Source: Planctomycetota bacterium
Lineage (GTDB): Bacteria > Planctomycetota > Brocadiia > CAIUPP01
DNA length: 64,000 nt
Direction of reading: 5' to 3'
Assembly (NCBI GenBank): GCA_022705425.1
Contig: JAKJEM010000006.1
Coordinates: 25,858 to 89,857, forward strand
The position numbers and the translations under genes were made by a program. Below the pieces are notes generated by a model that was given only the letters and a program-made list of their open reading frames with translations, did not search any database and was not told where the DNA came from. Below, piece by piece: positions 47,461 to 57,761 of this stretch (its first letter is position 1; each line of letters starts with the position of its first letter).

Positions 47461-48900
47461 CTACTGCTCGGCGAGACGCTTTTCGAGAAGTTGCCGGACG
47501 ACCTGCGGATTGGCTTTGCCCTTCGTCTCGCGCATGACGGGTCCGATCAGGGCGTTGAAGGCGGCCTTCTTGCCGGCCTTCCAGTCGGCCACCACCTGGG
47601 GCTGGGCGGCAAGCACACGGTCCACGATGGCGATGATGGCGGATTCGTCGCTGATCTGGGCGAGGCCCTTCTTCCGGACGATCTCCTCGGGGGGCTCACC
47701 CGTCGCGAGCATGTCGTCGAGTACGCTGCGTCCGGTGGGTTGGCCGATGACGCCTGTCTCGACGAGGGCGGCCAGCGCGGCGAGGCGGTCGGGCGGAATG
47801 GGGAACGCGACAGGGCTGATCTGGCGCTCGTTGAGAATGCGGAGGACGTCATTGATGACCCAGTTGGCGACGGCTTTGGGGGAGGCCTTTCCGGCGGCGA
47901 CGGCGGACTCGAAGTAGTCGGCGAGGGCGCGGTCGTCGGTGAGGACGCCGGCTTCGTAGGGGCCGAGGTTGAGTTGCTGCTGAAGGCGAAGGCGTCGCGG
48001 AACGGGGAGTTCTGGGAGTTCGGCGCGGATTCGGGCCTTCCAGGTTTCGTCCACGCGGATTTCCACGAGGTCGGGCTCGGGGAAGTAGCGATAGTCGGCG
48101 GAGGTTTCCTTTCGGCGCATGGAGACGGTGCGCCCGAGTCGGTCGTCCCAGAGGCGCGTTTCGGGGGTGAGGCGCTCGCCGGAATCGAGGGCGCGGGTCT
48201 GGCGCTGGATCTCGTATTCGACGGCCTTGACGACGGCGCTGATGGAGCCGACATTCTTGATTTCGATGCGCGCGCCGTACTCCTTCTGCCCGGCGGGGCG
48301 CAGGGAGATGCTCGGCTCGAAGCGCAGGCGGCCTTCCTGCATCTTGCAGTCGGAGACGCCGGTGTAGAGGAGGATGTTGCGCAGGGCGCGCATGAAGGCG
48401 TCAATCTCGGCGGGGGCGCGCATGTCGGGGGCGGAGACGATTTCGAGGAGCGGGGTGCCGGCGCGGTTGAGGTCCACAAGGCTGTCGGACTGGCCGGATT
48501 CGGGATGGAGCAGTTTTCCGGCGTCTTCTTCGAGGTGAACGTTCCAGATGCCGACGCGGAGGGAACGCCCCTCGACCGGGAGGTCGAGATGCCCGTTGCG
48601 CCCGAGGTTTCGGTGGTTCTGGGAGATCTGGTAGTTCTTGGGCAGGTCGGGGTAGTAGTAGTTCTTGCGGTCGAAGAAGGTGACGGGGTCCACGTGGCAG
48701 TTGAGGGCGAGGGCGACTTTGAGGGCGTGCTCGAAGGCCAGGCGGTTCATCACCGGCAGCACGCCGGGCATGCCGAGACAGACGGGGCAGGTCTGGGTGT
48801 TGGGGGGCGCGCCGAAGGCGGTGGAACATCCGCAGAAAAGCTTCGTCAGCGTAGCAAGTTCTGCATGGACTTCGGCGCCGATGACGGCTTCGTACGGCAT
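47461..48900 (-). CDS. gatB: Asp-tRNA(Asn)/Glu-tRNA(Gln) amidotransferase subunit B
   Basis: MPYEAVIGAEVHAEL...CGCSTAFG...PNTQTCPVCLGMPGVLP; C-terminal GatB/YqeY domain. Confidence 0.9.
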   Translation of the reverse strand: MPYEAVIGAEVHAELATLTKLFCGCSTAFGAPPNTQTCPVCLGMPGVLPVMNRLAFEHALKVALALNCHVDPVTFFDRKNYYYPDLPKNYQISQNHRNLGRNGHLDLPVEGRSLRVGIWNVHLEEDAGKLLHPESGQSDSLVDLNRAGTPLLEIVSAPDMRAPAEIDAFMRALRNILLYTGVSDCKMQEGRLRFEPSISLRPAGQKEYGARIEIKNVGSISAVVKAVEYEIQRQTRALDSGERLTPETRLWDDRLGRTVSMRRKETSADYRYFPEPDLVEIRVDETWKARIRAELPELPVPRRLRLQQQLNLGPYEAGVLTDDRALADYFESAVAAGKASPKAVANWVINDVLRILNERQISPVAFPIPPDRLAALAALVETGVIGQPTGRSVLDDMLATGEPPEEIVRKKGLAQISDESAIIAIVDRVLAAQPQVVADWKAGKKAAFNALIGPVMRETKGKANPQVVRQLLEKRLAEQ

Positions 48901-51323
48901 CAGGGTTGCTCCTTCTGCTGCGCGGCGACACCCGCCGCCGCCTCGCCGGCCGGGGGGGCGGGTTTGACCTTGCCGGCGATGTCGCTGGTGAAGGCGGGCA
49001 CGGGGCACCGGAGAACGCCGTCGGCCGGGACGCTGACGGAGGCGGACTTCACAATGCCGCCCTTGCGGGTGTCCCAGAACTCCACGCGATAGTCGCCGGG
49101 CTTGAAGCCTTTGATGTCGAGCTGGATTCCGGCGCGCTCCTCGGGGGTGAAGGAGGCGGCGGATTCGGCGCGAATGAGCAGTTTCTCAGAAAGCCAGAAG
49201 TAGGCGCTGGTGTCGTTGTGGAGGAGGTCGAGCCCGAGGCCGGGGGCAGGCCCGCCGGAGGCATCGAGGGCGCGCCCGACGCCGACGGCGAGGTTGCGTC
49301 CGCGCCGGTCCTCTCCGGCGGCGAACTCGGCGAGGGGGCGGAAGGCGTCGTAGAGATCGCGGTCGTCAATGTAGTCCCACCACCAGGAGAGCCCGGCCCC
49401 GGCAAAGGGGATCATGTGGGTGGTCCAAAGGCAGGCATGAAGGTAGCGTTCGGTGGTGTCGGGTCCGGCGCCTCGGAAGCTGTAGCCGACTTCGCCCATG
49501 ATGGCGGGTTTGCCGAGAGCGGCCTTGGCGGGCCAGACGGTGTTGCGGAGGACGGAATCTATCTGGACAGCGTAGTAATGGGTGCTGGTGAAGCTGATCT
49601 CAGGAATGGCGAGGAGGCTGAAGTCGCCCTCGCCCTGGGAGAAGCTGGTGGTGACCAGGTGGTCGTTGGGGTCGAAGGCGCGGATGGTGTCGGCGCATTG
49701 CTTATGCCAGGCGGTGACCTCGGGTTTGAGGCCCTTCCAGCCGGTGAAAAGGTCGGCTTCGTTGCAGAGCTCCCAGGCAGCGATGTGGGTGGAATAGGCG
49801 TAGCGGGCCATGACGTAGCGGACCATGCGCTGGTAGATTTCCTGGGCTTTCGGGCTTTTCCAGAAGTCCTGGGGGTCCTTGAGGAGGCCGCCGTTGGCGA
49901 TATTGTAAGGGCTCCAGCGCCAGTCGCCCTCCTCGTTGCGTCCGGTGAGGCGGAAGTGGCCGAAGGTGGTCAGGGCGAGTTGGACGTACACGCCGCATTC
50001 GCGGGCCTTGTCGAGGACGTAGTCGAGCCGCCAGGCGTTCTCCTGATTGTAGCGTCCGAGGCCGGGGAAGGCGCGGTCGTACTGGCGGCTCCATTCGAGG
50101 GCGAAGGACCAGGAGCTGAGCCAGATGCGGGCGTAGTTTTCCTTGCCGCGGGCCATGCCGGGCAGGTAGCGGTCGTAGGGCAGGGCGCCGTCGCGTTTGT
50201 GCTTCTCGACGTATTCGTCCTCGTCGCTGGCCAGGCCGAGCAGGAGGCTGCCCTTGGGGTTAACCGCGGCGGGGATGTTGTGGCCGATGGGGTAGAAGAA
50301 GTCGCCGTTGTCGAACTCGAAGTGGCGCTTGTCGGGAGCGACGCGGATGAAGCCGGGGGAGGCGGCGGGCCGTGCGGTGAAGATGCGCGGGGGGAGAACG
50401 AGGGGATCGCTATCGCGGATGTGGATGCGGTAGGAGTGCTCGCCGGGCTCGCGGGGGCAATAGCGGATCTTCCACTTCGGGGGGCCGGCGGGGATGAGGA
50501 TTTCGGCCTTTCGGTCCACGCGCCGTTCATAGTCCTGGTAGTAGAAGCCGATGGCGCGGACGGTGCGTCCGCCGGGGGTAAGAACCTCGGCGTAGACGTC
50601 AATCTGCGCGGGGTCGTAGGGGTTCTCGTAGGCGCGGCGAAGTTCAAAGGTCACTTCAAAGCGGCCGTAAACGGAGGGTTCGTCTCCGGAGGTCTCGAAG
50701 CTGTAAACGTCCTGCGGGGGCAGCCCGGCATCGCCGGGGAGGAGGGCGATGTTGTCGAGCAGGACGGTGGCGCGCGTTTCGCGATCGCAGAAGATGCGGA
50801 TGCCGACCTCGCGGATGTTGCGGGCGGGGTAGGGCCCCCACGGGCGGCTGTGGCCTTTCGGTTCGAGTTGGCCCGCTTCGGGCCGGATGTCCACTTCGAT
50901 CGTGTCCCATCGGTTGGCGGCGGGAACGAGACGGGGCCAGGTCTGATACCAGAAGTCCTCATCGTCAATGAAGTAAGCGCTGACCTGCATCTGGGCGGCG
51001 GAGCGAGGCAGGAAGGCGTCGAGGCGCAGGGTACGATAGCGGGAGAGGTCGAGGGGTTTCTTCAAACGCAGGGTGGCGGAGGCGCCGACCAGGTCCAGCT
51101 CGACGCAGGCCCCGCGGTCGGGGTGATCGGCCCGCGATGCGACGCGGAGGGCGGCGGTGTCGCCTCCGGCGGTCCATCCGGAGAGACCGCCGGTGAAGTC
51201 GAAGACGAGGGCCTGGGGCGCGGACGGTTCGGCGGGGGCGGACACAGCCGCGCCGCCCGGGAGCAGGCAGAGTGCCAGGGTCCAGAGCGAGCGGAGGCCG
51301 GTGGTCCTGGTGCCGATCGGCAT
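48900..51323 (-). CDS. Secreted glycoside hydrolase, TIM-barrel GH5/GH140-like with N-terminal beta-sandwich (DUF5060-like) domain
   Basis: Signal peptide; WELCNEAD (GH-A clan NE acid/base-like); 807 aa. Confidence 0.55.
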   Translation of the reverse strand: MPIGTRTTGLRSLWTLALCLLPGGAAVSAPAEPSAPQALVFDFTGGLSGWTAGGDTAALRVASRADHPDRGACVELDLVGASATLRLKKPLDLSRYRTLRLDAFLPRSAAQMQVSAYFIDDEDFWYQTWPRLVPAANRWDTIEVDIRPEAGQLEPKGHSRPWGPYPARNIREVGIRIFCDRETRATVLLDNIALLPGDAGLPPQDVYSFETSGDEPSVYGRFEVTFELRRAYENPYDPAQIDVYAEVLTPGGRTVRAIGFYYQDYERRVDRKAEILIPAGPPKWKIRYCPREPGEHSYRIHIRDSDPLVLPPRIFTARPAASPGFIRVAPDKRHFEFDNGDFFYPIGHNIPAAVNPKGSLLLGLASDEDEYVEKHKRDGALPYDRYLPGMARGKENYARIWLSSWSFALEWSRQYDRAFPGLGRYNQENAWRLDYVLDKARECGVYVQLALTTFGHFRLTGRNEEGDWRWSPYNIANGGLLKDPQDFWKSPKAQEIYQRMVRYVMARYAYSTHIAAWELCNEADLFTGWKGLKPEVTAWHKQCADTIRAFDPNDHLVTTSFSQGEGDFSLLAIPEISFTSTHYYAVQIDSVLRNTVWPAKAALGKPAIMGEVGYSFRGAGPDTTERYLHACLWTTHMIPFAGAGLSWWWDYIDDRDLYDAFRPLAEFAAGEDRRGRNLAVGVGRALDASGGPAPGLGLDLLHNDTSAYFWLSEKLLIRAESAASFTPEERAGIQLDIKGFKPGDYRVEFWDTRKGGIVKSASVSVPADGVLRCPVPAFTSDIAGKVKPAPPAGEAAAGVAAQQKEQP

Positions 51324-51334
51324 GGAGGACTCCC

Positions 51335-52006
51335 CTACTTCGCGGGCGCGGGCGCGGCGGAGGGAGTCGCGTCCGCCGGACGCGCGGGGGGAAGGGTGGT
51401 TGTCGTGACCGGGGGCGGAGCGGACTCGAGTTGACGGAGACGGCCTTCGAGCGTCGTGCGCAGAGCGGTCAGGCGCTTGACGTCCCCTTCCAGGGAGGCG
51501 ATGCGGTCTGCGGCGGCCTTGGCATCGGCGAGGGCCTTGTCGCGGGCGACCTTGGCTTCGGCGGCTTCGGTCTTGACCTCTTCGAGGGCCTTGCGCGCGG
51601 CGGCGGCATCGGCCTGGGCGGACTTCAGGTCGGTCTGCGCCTTGTCGGCCTGGGCGCGGACGGCGGCGAGATTGCGGGCGGCTTCGGCTTCGACCTTTTC
51701 ACGGGCCAGGCGCAGTTCGTTCAACTGGGCGCGGATGGGCTCGGCGGCCTTGCGCTCGACGTCGAGGCGGGCTTCGGCGGCGGCGAGGCGCTCCTGCGCG
51801 GCGGCCAGGCCGGCTTTGAGGGACTCCTCGACTTCGCTGAGGCGCGCGGCGTCGGCGGCGGAACGCTCGACGGCGTCCTTGACGGTGGCGGTGACGACGG
51901 TTTCCGCGCGACCGAACATGCCGATGGCGACGAGCATGGCAGCCAGGCCCAGAATGAGCATCAGGATGCCGACCATGAAGACGACGTGCGACTTGCTCTG
52001 GTCCAC
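51335..52006 (-). CDS. Membrane-anchored coiled-coil protein (Ala/Glu/Lys-rich), hypothetical
   Basis: GTG start with GGGAGG RBS; TM MVGILMLILGLAAMLVAIGMF; long heptad-like AEAR/AKAA repeats. Confidence 0.5.
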   Translation of the reverse strand: MDQSKSHVVFMVGILMLILGLAAMLVAIGMFGRAETVVTATVKDAVERSAADAARLSEVEESLKAGLAAAQERLAAAEARLDVERKAAEPIRAQLNELRLAREKVEAEAARNLAAVRAQADKAQTDLKSAQADAAAARKALEEVKTEAAEAKVARDKALADAKAAADRIASLEGDVKRLTALRTTLEGRLRQLESAPPPVTTTTLPPARPADATPSAAPAPAK

Positions 52007-52022
52007 GTGCGATCCTCCCGAA

Positions 52023-54341
52023 TCAGGGTCTGGCGGCGCGCGGGGCGTCGTCGAGGAGCGCCTTGACCAGCGTGGCAGCCATGAGTTCCTGGCCGCGAGC
52101 GGTGGGCGCCATGTGATACACGGGGGCGGTGCTTTCGGTATCGCGATAGAGGATCCGCCAGGCCGGGGCCGAGTCGTCGGCGCGCGCGCCGCCGTAGCGC
52201 AGGAAGGCGCTGTACATGTCGGCGACGGGAAGCTTCCGGCGCAGACCCACGGTCTTGACGGCGACGGCGTAATCCTGGCTGAGGGCAGGGTTGGCCATGG
52301 TGGGCGGCGGCGCAATGAGGGCGACGGGCGCCCCGCCGACGGCCTCAAAGCGCTCGGCCATGGCCTGAACGGTGCGTTCGTAGATGCGGACGGGGGCGAA
52401 GCGGAGGACGTCGCGCAAGGAGGCGGCCAGGATGACGAGGTCGGCGTTCATCTCGCGCGCCTGACGGGGGTAGTCCACAAGGTGGCGGAGGGGCTGGTGG
52501 CTGCGCCCGGTGGGGTCGAGGCCGACGCGGGTAATCTTGAGGGCCGTCTTGGGGTAACGGCGCTGGATTTCGGCGGCGGCCAAGTCGGCATAGCCCCCCG
52601 CACCGGCCCCGGCAAGGGAATCGTCCACGAGCATCACGCGGACTTCTCCACCGCGTTCGAGACGGCGGAGGAAGGCGTCGCCGAACCCGGCGCCGGAGGT
52701 GAGCCGCAGGACGACGGGCGCACCGGCGGCGTCGGTCAGGCGGTCGCCATCGAACTGGAGGACCAGCTTCGGGTCGGCGGCGTTGCGAATGCAGAGCTTG
52801 CGGGCGGCGACGTCGGCCCCCCGGTGTTCGAGGCGCAGGGCCACGTCGCCGGAGGCCATCTCGATCCCTTCGGGGGCGAGGGGCCGCGAGACGACGACCC
52901 ATTCGGAGGTGGACTGGCCGGGCGCCGGAGGGGGAAAGGCGAGGGTTTCGCGCTCGCGGCGCAACATCCTTCCGTCGGGTCCCCAGTACTCCGTGATCAA
53001 CGCCAGGCAGACCGGCTGGAGCGCGCTCAGGCGGCTCTTGAAGGTCAGGCGCGGCGATTCGCCGGGCATCAGGAAGTTGGCGTCGCAGGTCAGTTCCACG
53101 TCCACGTCCACGCGGCTGTCGGCCACGACGCTGCCGGCAACCTCCATGCTGAATCGGCCGTCGAAGCCGAGGGAATCGGTAACGCGGAGGGAGACGGTGC
53201 GCGGCTGACCGCCGATGAAGACGTGTGTGGGGTTGGGCTCGCGGCTGACGACGCCGTCGCCGAAGTCCCACTCGCGAACGACGATCTCGCCGAGCCGGGA
53301 ACGGCTCAGGTCGGTGAACTCCATGGTGGTAAAGACCGGCCCACTGCTGCCGAACTGCATTCCGCCGCGGGGGCGGACGCGGAAGAAGGCGGCGGCGGGG
53401 TCGTCGCGGCCTTCGAGAATGAGGGGCAGGGTCATCAGTTCGCGGACAAAGGCCTCTTCGGGAATCGTGACGAAGGCGGCGGCGCCGGGGGGCTGCCAGC
53501 CGGCGCGGGCCTGGGTGCCGCCGGTGGTCTGGACGTGATAGTACTCGATGCGGTGGAGGCCGGCTTTGAGTTCGATGCGTCCGAAGTGGGTGAACTTGCC
53601 TTCGGGGTTATGCCCCCCCGGCCACTGGGCGACGAGGACGCCGTCTATCAGGAGGAAGGAGGAATCGTCGGAGTCGGTGCCGAAGGCGTAGCGGCCGTCC
53701 ACGGGGCAGTAGATCATTCCCTTGTAGATGCTGAGGAAGTTCTCGTTGCGCGGGCCGTAGGGGTTTTCGGTGTCGTTGATTTCGCGGCGCGGCCCCCCGC
53801 CGAGGCGGGCGGAACTGGCGGCGAGGAGGTCGTTCATCTCCTTCCAGTTGGCGGCGGTGCGTTTGAGGGTGTTGTCGCGGACTTCGAGGGTGAGGCTGCC
53901 GAGTTTCTTCTCCCACTGGGCGGGAGGTTCGGGCGTGGCGGCGGGGTTTCCCCAGTACGCGGCGTAGCGACGGACGGCGGGATCGGCGACCTCAAAGTGA
54001 ATGCGAAGGGGGCCACCTTCGGGGATGGGGCCGGCGAGGGGCTCGCGGTTGCGTCCGACGAGTTGAAGGCGGACGGGGCGGCCCTGCTCATCAAGGAGGC
54101 GGACGTCGCGTCCGTCGGGGGCGACGGCGGGGGGACCGACCGGCACTTCGATGTAACCGGTGTTGATCTTGCCGGTGCGGTCCACCTGCTGCACCTCAAC
54201 GACCTGCCGCCACTTCCAGTCCGGCAATTGCCACGGCAGGGCGGCATCGCGGGCCGGGGTCTGCCCCGAGGCCGCCAGGCAGAGCCAGCCTGCCGCCGCC
54301 CACGCGCATACCGCCATGCGACTCTGTGTTCGTGCGTCCAT
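52023..54341 (-). CDS. Secreted multidomain protein: PA14 - PKD - SGNH/GDSL hydrolase
   Basis: Signal peptide; PA14-like (GKFTHFGRIELKAGLHRIEYYH); PKD (REWDFGDGVVSREPNPTHVF); SGNH blocks (VRVMLVDDSLAG, DLVILAASLRD). Confidence 0.6.
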   Translation of the reverse strand: MDARTQSRMAVCAWAAAGWLCLAASGQTPARDAALPWQLPDWKWRQVVEVQQVDRTGKINTGYIEVPVGPPAVAPDGRDVRLLDEQGRPVRLQLVGRNREPLAGPIPEGGPLRIHFEVADPAVRRYAAYWGNPAATPEPPAQWEKKLGSLTLEVRDNTLKRTAANWKEMNDLLAASSARLGGGPRREINDTENPYGPRNENFLSIYKGMIYCPVDGRYAFGTDSDDSSFLLIDGVLVAQWPGGHNPEGKFTHFGRIELKAGLHRIEYYHVQTTGGTQARAGWQPPGAAAFVTIPEEAFVRELMTLPLILEGRDDPAAAFFRVRPRGGMQFGSSGPVFTTMEFTDLSRSRLGEIVVREWDFGDGVVSREPNPTHVFIGGQPRTVSLRVTDSLGFDGRFSMEVAGSVVADSRVDVDVELTCDANFLMPGESPRLTFKSRLSALQPVCLALITEYWGPDGRMLRRERETLAFPPPAPGQSTSEWVVVSRPLAPEGIEMASGDVALRLEHRGADVAARKLCIRNAADPKLVLQFDGDRLTDAAGAPVVLRLTSGAGFGDAFLRRLERGGEVRVMLVDDSLAGAGAGGYADLAAAEIQRRYPKTALKITRVGLDPTGRSHQPLRHLVDYPRQAREMNADLVILAASLRDVLRFAPVRIYERTVQAMAERFEAVGGAPVALIAPPPTMANPALSQDYAVAVKTVGLRRKLPVADMYSAFLRYGGARADDSAPAWRILYRDTESTAPVYHMAPTARGQELMAATLVKALLDDAPRAARP

Positions 54342-54493
54342 CGTGCGCCACCCTATCTTACGGTTCCGGAAGATGCCGCCATGACGACAGTCTAGCATTC
54401 ACGGGGAGCGGGTACAAACCGGGCCGCATGGGCACAGCCTGCCTGCTCTGAGTATCGGCGCCCCGCACGTGCGTTCTGGCGTCTGCCCGGGCG

Positions 54494-56194
54494 TTACGGG
54501 CGCACTCCGGGCGTCAGCCGCAGCGCCAGCGTCGCCGCCTTCGTCTCGATTCGCAGCCGTCCCATGGGTTCCCCTGGCGTCCAGTTCCAGAGGGTCCGCT
54601 CGCAGGGGAGATCGGGGACGACGCGCAGGGCGCAGCGACGGGCTTCGGGGTCCACGTTGACCAGGATGAGTTCCTCCCCCTCCCCCGCCGCACCGACGGG
54701 GAGTCCGCGAAGGGGGACTTCGCCACCCCGGATTAGCAGGACGAGTGGCAGAACCTGCGGGGTGACGCGCAGTTCGAGCCGCAGGCGCTTCGGCCCGTGC
54801 GCGCGCAGTTCGATTTCCTCCGGGCCGAAATGCCACTCGGCCTCCCAATCCCCCTGCCGCCACAGCGCCGTACGCTCGGCAGGCCAGGTCAGTTCCCCCG
54901 GGCCACACGGCGGCGAGTCGGCCTCGCCGACAAGGGAGAGCGCCATGACCGGGTCTTTGACGTCGGCGATGGGGGATTTCGTCCGCCCTTCGGGCCGGAA
55001 GCGCGCGGCATCGAGCAGGAAGGGATGAATCCACCGTCCAAAACGCTCGCGCGCAAGGGACCGGGTGTAGGGGTCCTCCGCCCCGGCGGGATAGGCGCGC
55101 AGGTCCGTCAGATCGAAGATTCCGCGCGACGGGCACACTCTGGCGCGCGCCCGGTAGCGCCCGGTACAGGCCATGATCGCCCCGAACTGCTCCGCCGAGT
55201 TCGGCAGTCCCGGCGGCTGATACCAGACCTGCATCGGCGAAGGACCGGGCCAACGACGATCAAGCCACTCGCCGTATTCCCGCGCGGTGACGGAGCGCGC
55301 CACCCTTGTGGCCTCGCGCTCGGCCAGCCACGCCAACTGCCGTTCATAGCAGGGGCGCAGGCGATCCCAACGCCACCCGTTCTCCGCCACGTACGACGCC
55401 AAGGCCACCGGCTTCCCCCGCAGGCACAACTCCGAGAGGGGGTTGATGTAGTCCTCGACGGTTTCGCCGGGGAGGTTGCGCTGCTGGATGATGCTCACCT
55501 CGGTGGACCAGATACCCCGGTCGTTGCCGTAGTCCACGACGAGGTCCTCGCTGATGAGGGGCCAGACCCAATAGGGCGCGGCCTCGGCGACCTCCGCCGC
55601 CGGCTGCCAGATGTAGCGCCGGGCGGGTCGCCAGGGCAGGTTCGGCCATCCGCCCCAAAGGGTGTAGCCGTCCACGCCGTATTGATTGCGGCAGAGACCG
55701 ACCATGCGCACGCCGTAGCGTGCGGCGAGGTAGTCGGCGGAGGTGGAATCGAGCATCCACATCGCCACGGTGCGGGGGTGGCGTCCGAAGGTTCTGTGAA
55801 AGAGGTCCATGGCGACGTCGCAGAGGCGCAGGCGCTCCTCCGGCGCGTAGCCCAGCGTCAGGCAGAACTGTGCTTCATACCAGTGGCGTCCGGCCTCGAG
55901 ACGGTAGGGTACGCCGGCTGCCGCCGCATGGGAGCGCGTGATCTCCATCCAGAGGCCGACCTCTTGGCGCGCGCCCAGGCCGAGGCAGAGGTCGCGGTAC
56001 TCCGGATCGGCGATGGCGTCGAAGCGCGGCAGCCAGGTGCCGGCGATGTCGTAGCGTTCCAGCAGGTCGCGCATCCCGCGCGCCATCTCCCAGTTCGCCC
56101 ATGCCGGGGGTGTGTCGTCGCTGCGCAAGGGAAGGCTGTAGAGGATGAAGGCGTCCGGTTGGGGCAGCGGCGAAGGTGTCTGATCCTGTGTCAT
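54494..56194 (-). CDS. Hypothetical protein (possible carbohydrate-active enzyme)
   Basis: 566-aa ORF with coding-like composition; no motif I can name with confidence. Confidence 0.45.
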   Translation of the reverse strand: MTQDQTPSPLPQPDAFILYSLPLRSDDTPPAWANWEMARGMRDLLERYDIAGTWLPRFDAIADPEYRDLCLGLGARQEVGLWMEITRSHAAAAGVPYRLEAGRHWYEAQFCLTLGYAPEERLRLCDVAMDLFHRTFGRHPRTVAMWMLDSTSADYLAARYGVRMVGLCRNQYGVDGYTLWGGWPNLPWRPARRYIWQPAAEVAEAAPYWVWPLISEDLVVDYGNDRGIWSTEVSIIQQRNLPGETVEDYINPLSELCLRGKPVALASYVAENGWRWDRLRPCYERQLAWLAEREATRVARSVTAREYGEWLDRRWPGPSPMQVWYQPPGLPNSAEQFGAIMACTGRYRARARVCPSRGIFDLTDLRAYPAGAEDPYTRSLARERFGRWIHPFLLDAARFRPEGRTKSPIADVKDPVMALSLVGEADSPPCGPGELTWPAERTALWRQGDWEAEWHFGPEEIELRAHGPKRLRLELRVTPQVLPLVLLIRGGEVPLRGLPVGAAGEGEELILVNVDPEARRCALRVVPDLPCERTLWNWTPGEPMGRLRIETKAATLALRLTPGVRP

Positions 56195-56248
56195 TTCTGC
56201 CGGTTCTTGGCGAAGTTCCCGGGTGACGCGCGCAGCGGCGGGTCGGCG

Positions 56249-57727
56249 TCACGGCCTGACCCGGACGCGATAGAGCATGCCCTTGTCCACCGCCAGATAC
56301 TCCAAGGCGCCTCCGGCGTCGAAGGACGGGCCGTGGCGAACGACGACCGCAAACTCGGGGCCGGGTTGTCCGTCGAGCATGACGACGACCGCCTGGCCGC
56401 GGCGCTCGACCCAGGCGACGCGACGGCTGTCGGGGCTGAATCGGGGCGGGTGCCCGATTTCGTCGCAGGGCGGTTGGGGCTTGCCGTCGAGGACGACGAA
56501 CTGCTTGCCGGCGGATTCGGCGGTGCAGGCGATGCGGCGGCCGTCGGGACTGAAGACGTATCCGTTGCCGATGAGGTCATAGGCGGGACCGGGTTGGCCG
56601 TCCACGACCAGGGACCAGGATTTCCCCCGACGGGCGCGCCAAGCCAGGCGAGTTCCGTCGGGGCTGAAGCTGATCCAGTCCGGGTCCACGCTGTCCCAGG
56701 CCGGTCCTTCGCGTCCGTCGAGGACGATGAAGTCCTTGCCGCCTCGTGACGCGGCGCAGGCGAAGCGGCGACTGTCGGGGCTGAAGAGAAGTCCGGCGAC
56801 GGCATCGAAGTGGGCGGACGGGACGCCATCGAGGACGCAGACCCAGCTCTCGCCGAGCTGGGCGGCGTAGGCCAGGCGGCGGCCGTCGGGGCTGAAGACC
56901 GGGCTGCGGACGCCAATGCCGTCGCAAGCGAGGCCGAGTTGGCCGTCCAGGACGACGCCCCACTTGCCGCCGCGACGGGCGACGTAGGCCAGGCGCGCGC
57001 CGTCGGGGCTGAAGACGGGGGCGGCCAGGGCGAGACCGTCATAGGGTCCTTCGGCGCGCCCGTCCACGACGACCCAGGCGCTACGGTCGCGCCGGGCGGC
57101 ATAGACGCAGCGGCGGCCGTCGGAGCTGAAGAGGGGATAGCCGCGTTCGATTTCGTCGTACTCGGGGCCGATGCGTCCGTCGAGCACGACGACGCTGTGG
57201 ATGCCGAGTTCGGCGGCGTAGGCGCAACGCGCGCCGTCGGGGCTGAGGCGAAGGTTGCGCAGGCGGTCGAACTCGGGACCGGCCTTGCCGTCATGCATGA
57301 CGGCCCACTTGCCGGGCCGGGTCTGAACGGCATAGGCGACGCGGCGGCCGTCGCGGGAGAGGGTCAGCGCACTGACGGCGGCGTGTTCGGGGCCGGGGAG
57401 GCCATCGTGCACGACGCGCGCGCGTCCGCCGGCTGTGGCGACAAAGGCGTAATGCCGGCCATCGGGGCTGAGGAGGGGCGGGCCGATGGCCTCGAACTCG
57501 GGACCGGGAACGCCGTCCAGGAGGAAGGCGTGGCGGCCCTGCTTCGGAACGATCCAGGCGAAGTGGAGCCCGTCGGGGGTGACGACGGGGTGAAGGGGGC
57601 GTTCGGGGATGGGTCCGAGCGGGGTGCGCTCGGTCGAAGGCGCGCCGTGAAGGGCAACGGCAAGGAGGAGCAAGAGGGCGATCGCGCTGCCGCGCCGGGC
57701 GGGCCGAAGGGATGGGATCGCGCGCAT
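56249..57727 (-). CDS. Secreted PD40/TolB-like beta-propeller repeat protein
   Basis: Signal peptide; more than 10 repeats of the form SPDG(R)R.AYA...VV.DG.PGPEYD. Confidence 0.65.
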   Translation of the reverse strand: MRAIPSLRPARRGSAIALLLLLAVALHGAPSTERTPLGPIPERPLHPVVTPDGLHFAWIVPKQGRHAFLLDGVPGPEFEAIGPPLLSPDGRHYAFVATAGGRARVVHDGLPGPEHAAVSALTLSRDGRRVAYAVQTRPGKWAVMHDGKAGPEFDRLRNLRLSPDGARCAYAAELGIHSVVVLDGRIGPEYDEIERGYPLFSSDGRRCVYAARRDRSAWVVVDGRAEGPYDGLALAAPVFSPDGARLAYVARRGGKWGVVLDGQLGLACDGIGVRSPVFSPDGRRLAYAAQLGESWVCVLDGVPSAHFDAVAGLLFSPDSRRFACAASRGGKDFIVLDGREGPAWDSVDPDWISFSPDGTRLAWRARRGKSWSLVVDGQPGPAYDLIGNGYVFSPDGRRIACTAESAGKQFVVLDGKPQPPCDEIGHPPRFSPDSRRVAWVERRGQAVVVMLDGQPGPEFAVVVRHGPSFDAGGALEYLAVDKGMLYRVRVRP

Positions 57728-57761
57728 GGGCGGGTCCTCCGACTGCATCCTCCGCGACGGG

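Noticed and set aside
48906-54395. Long plus-strand ORFs (842 and 979 aa) antisense to the GH5-like, coiled-coil and PA14-PKD-SGNH genes
   Set aside because: Gly/Ala/Val/Asp-rich with no domain signatures. The opposite-strand proteins have signal peptides and recognisable domains.
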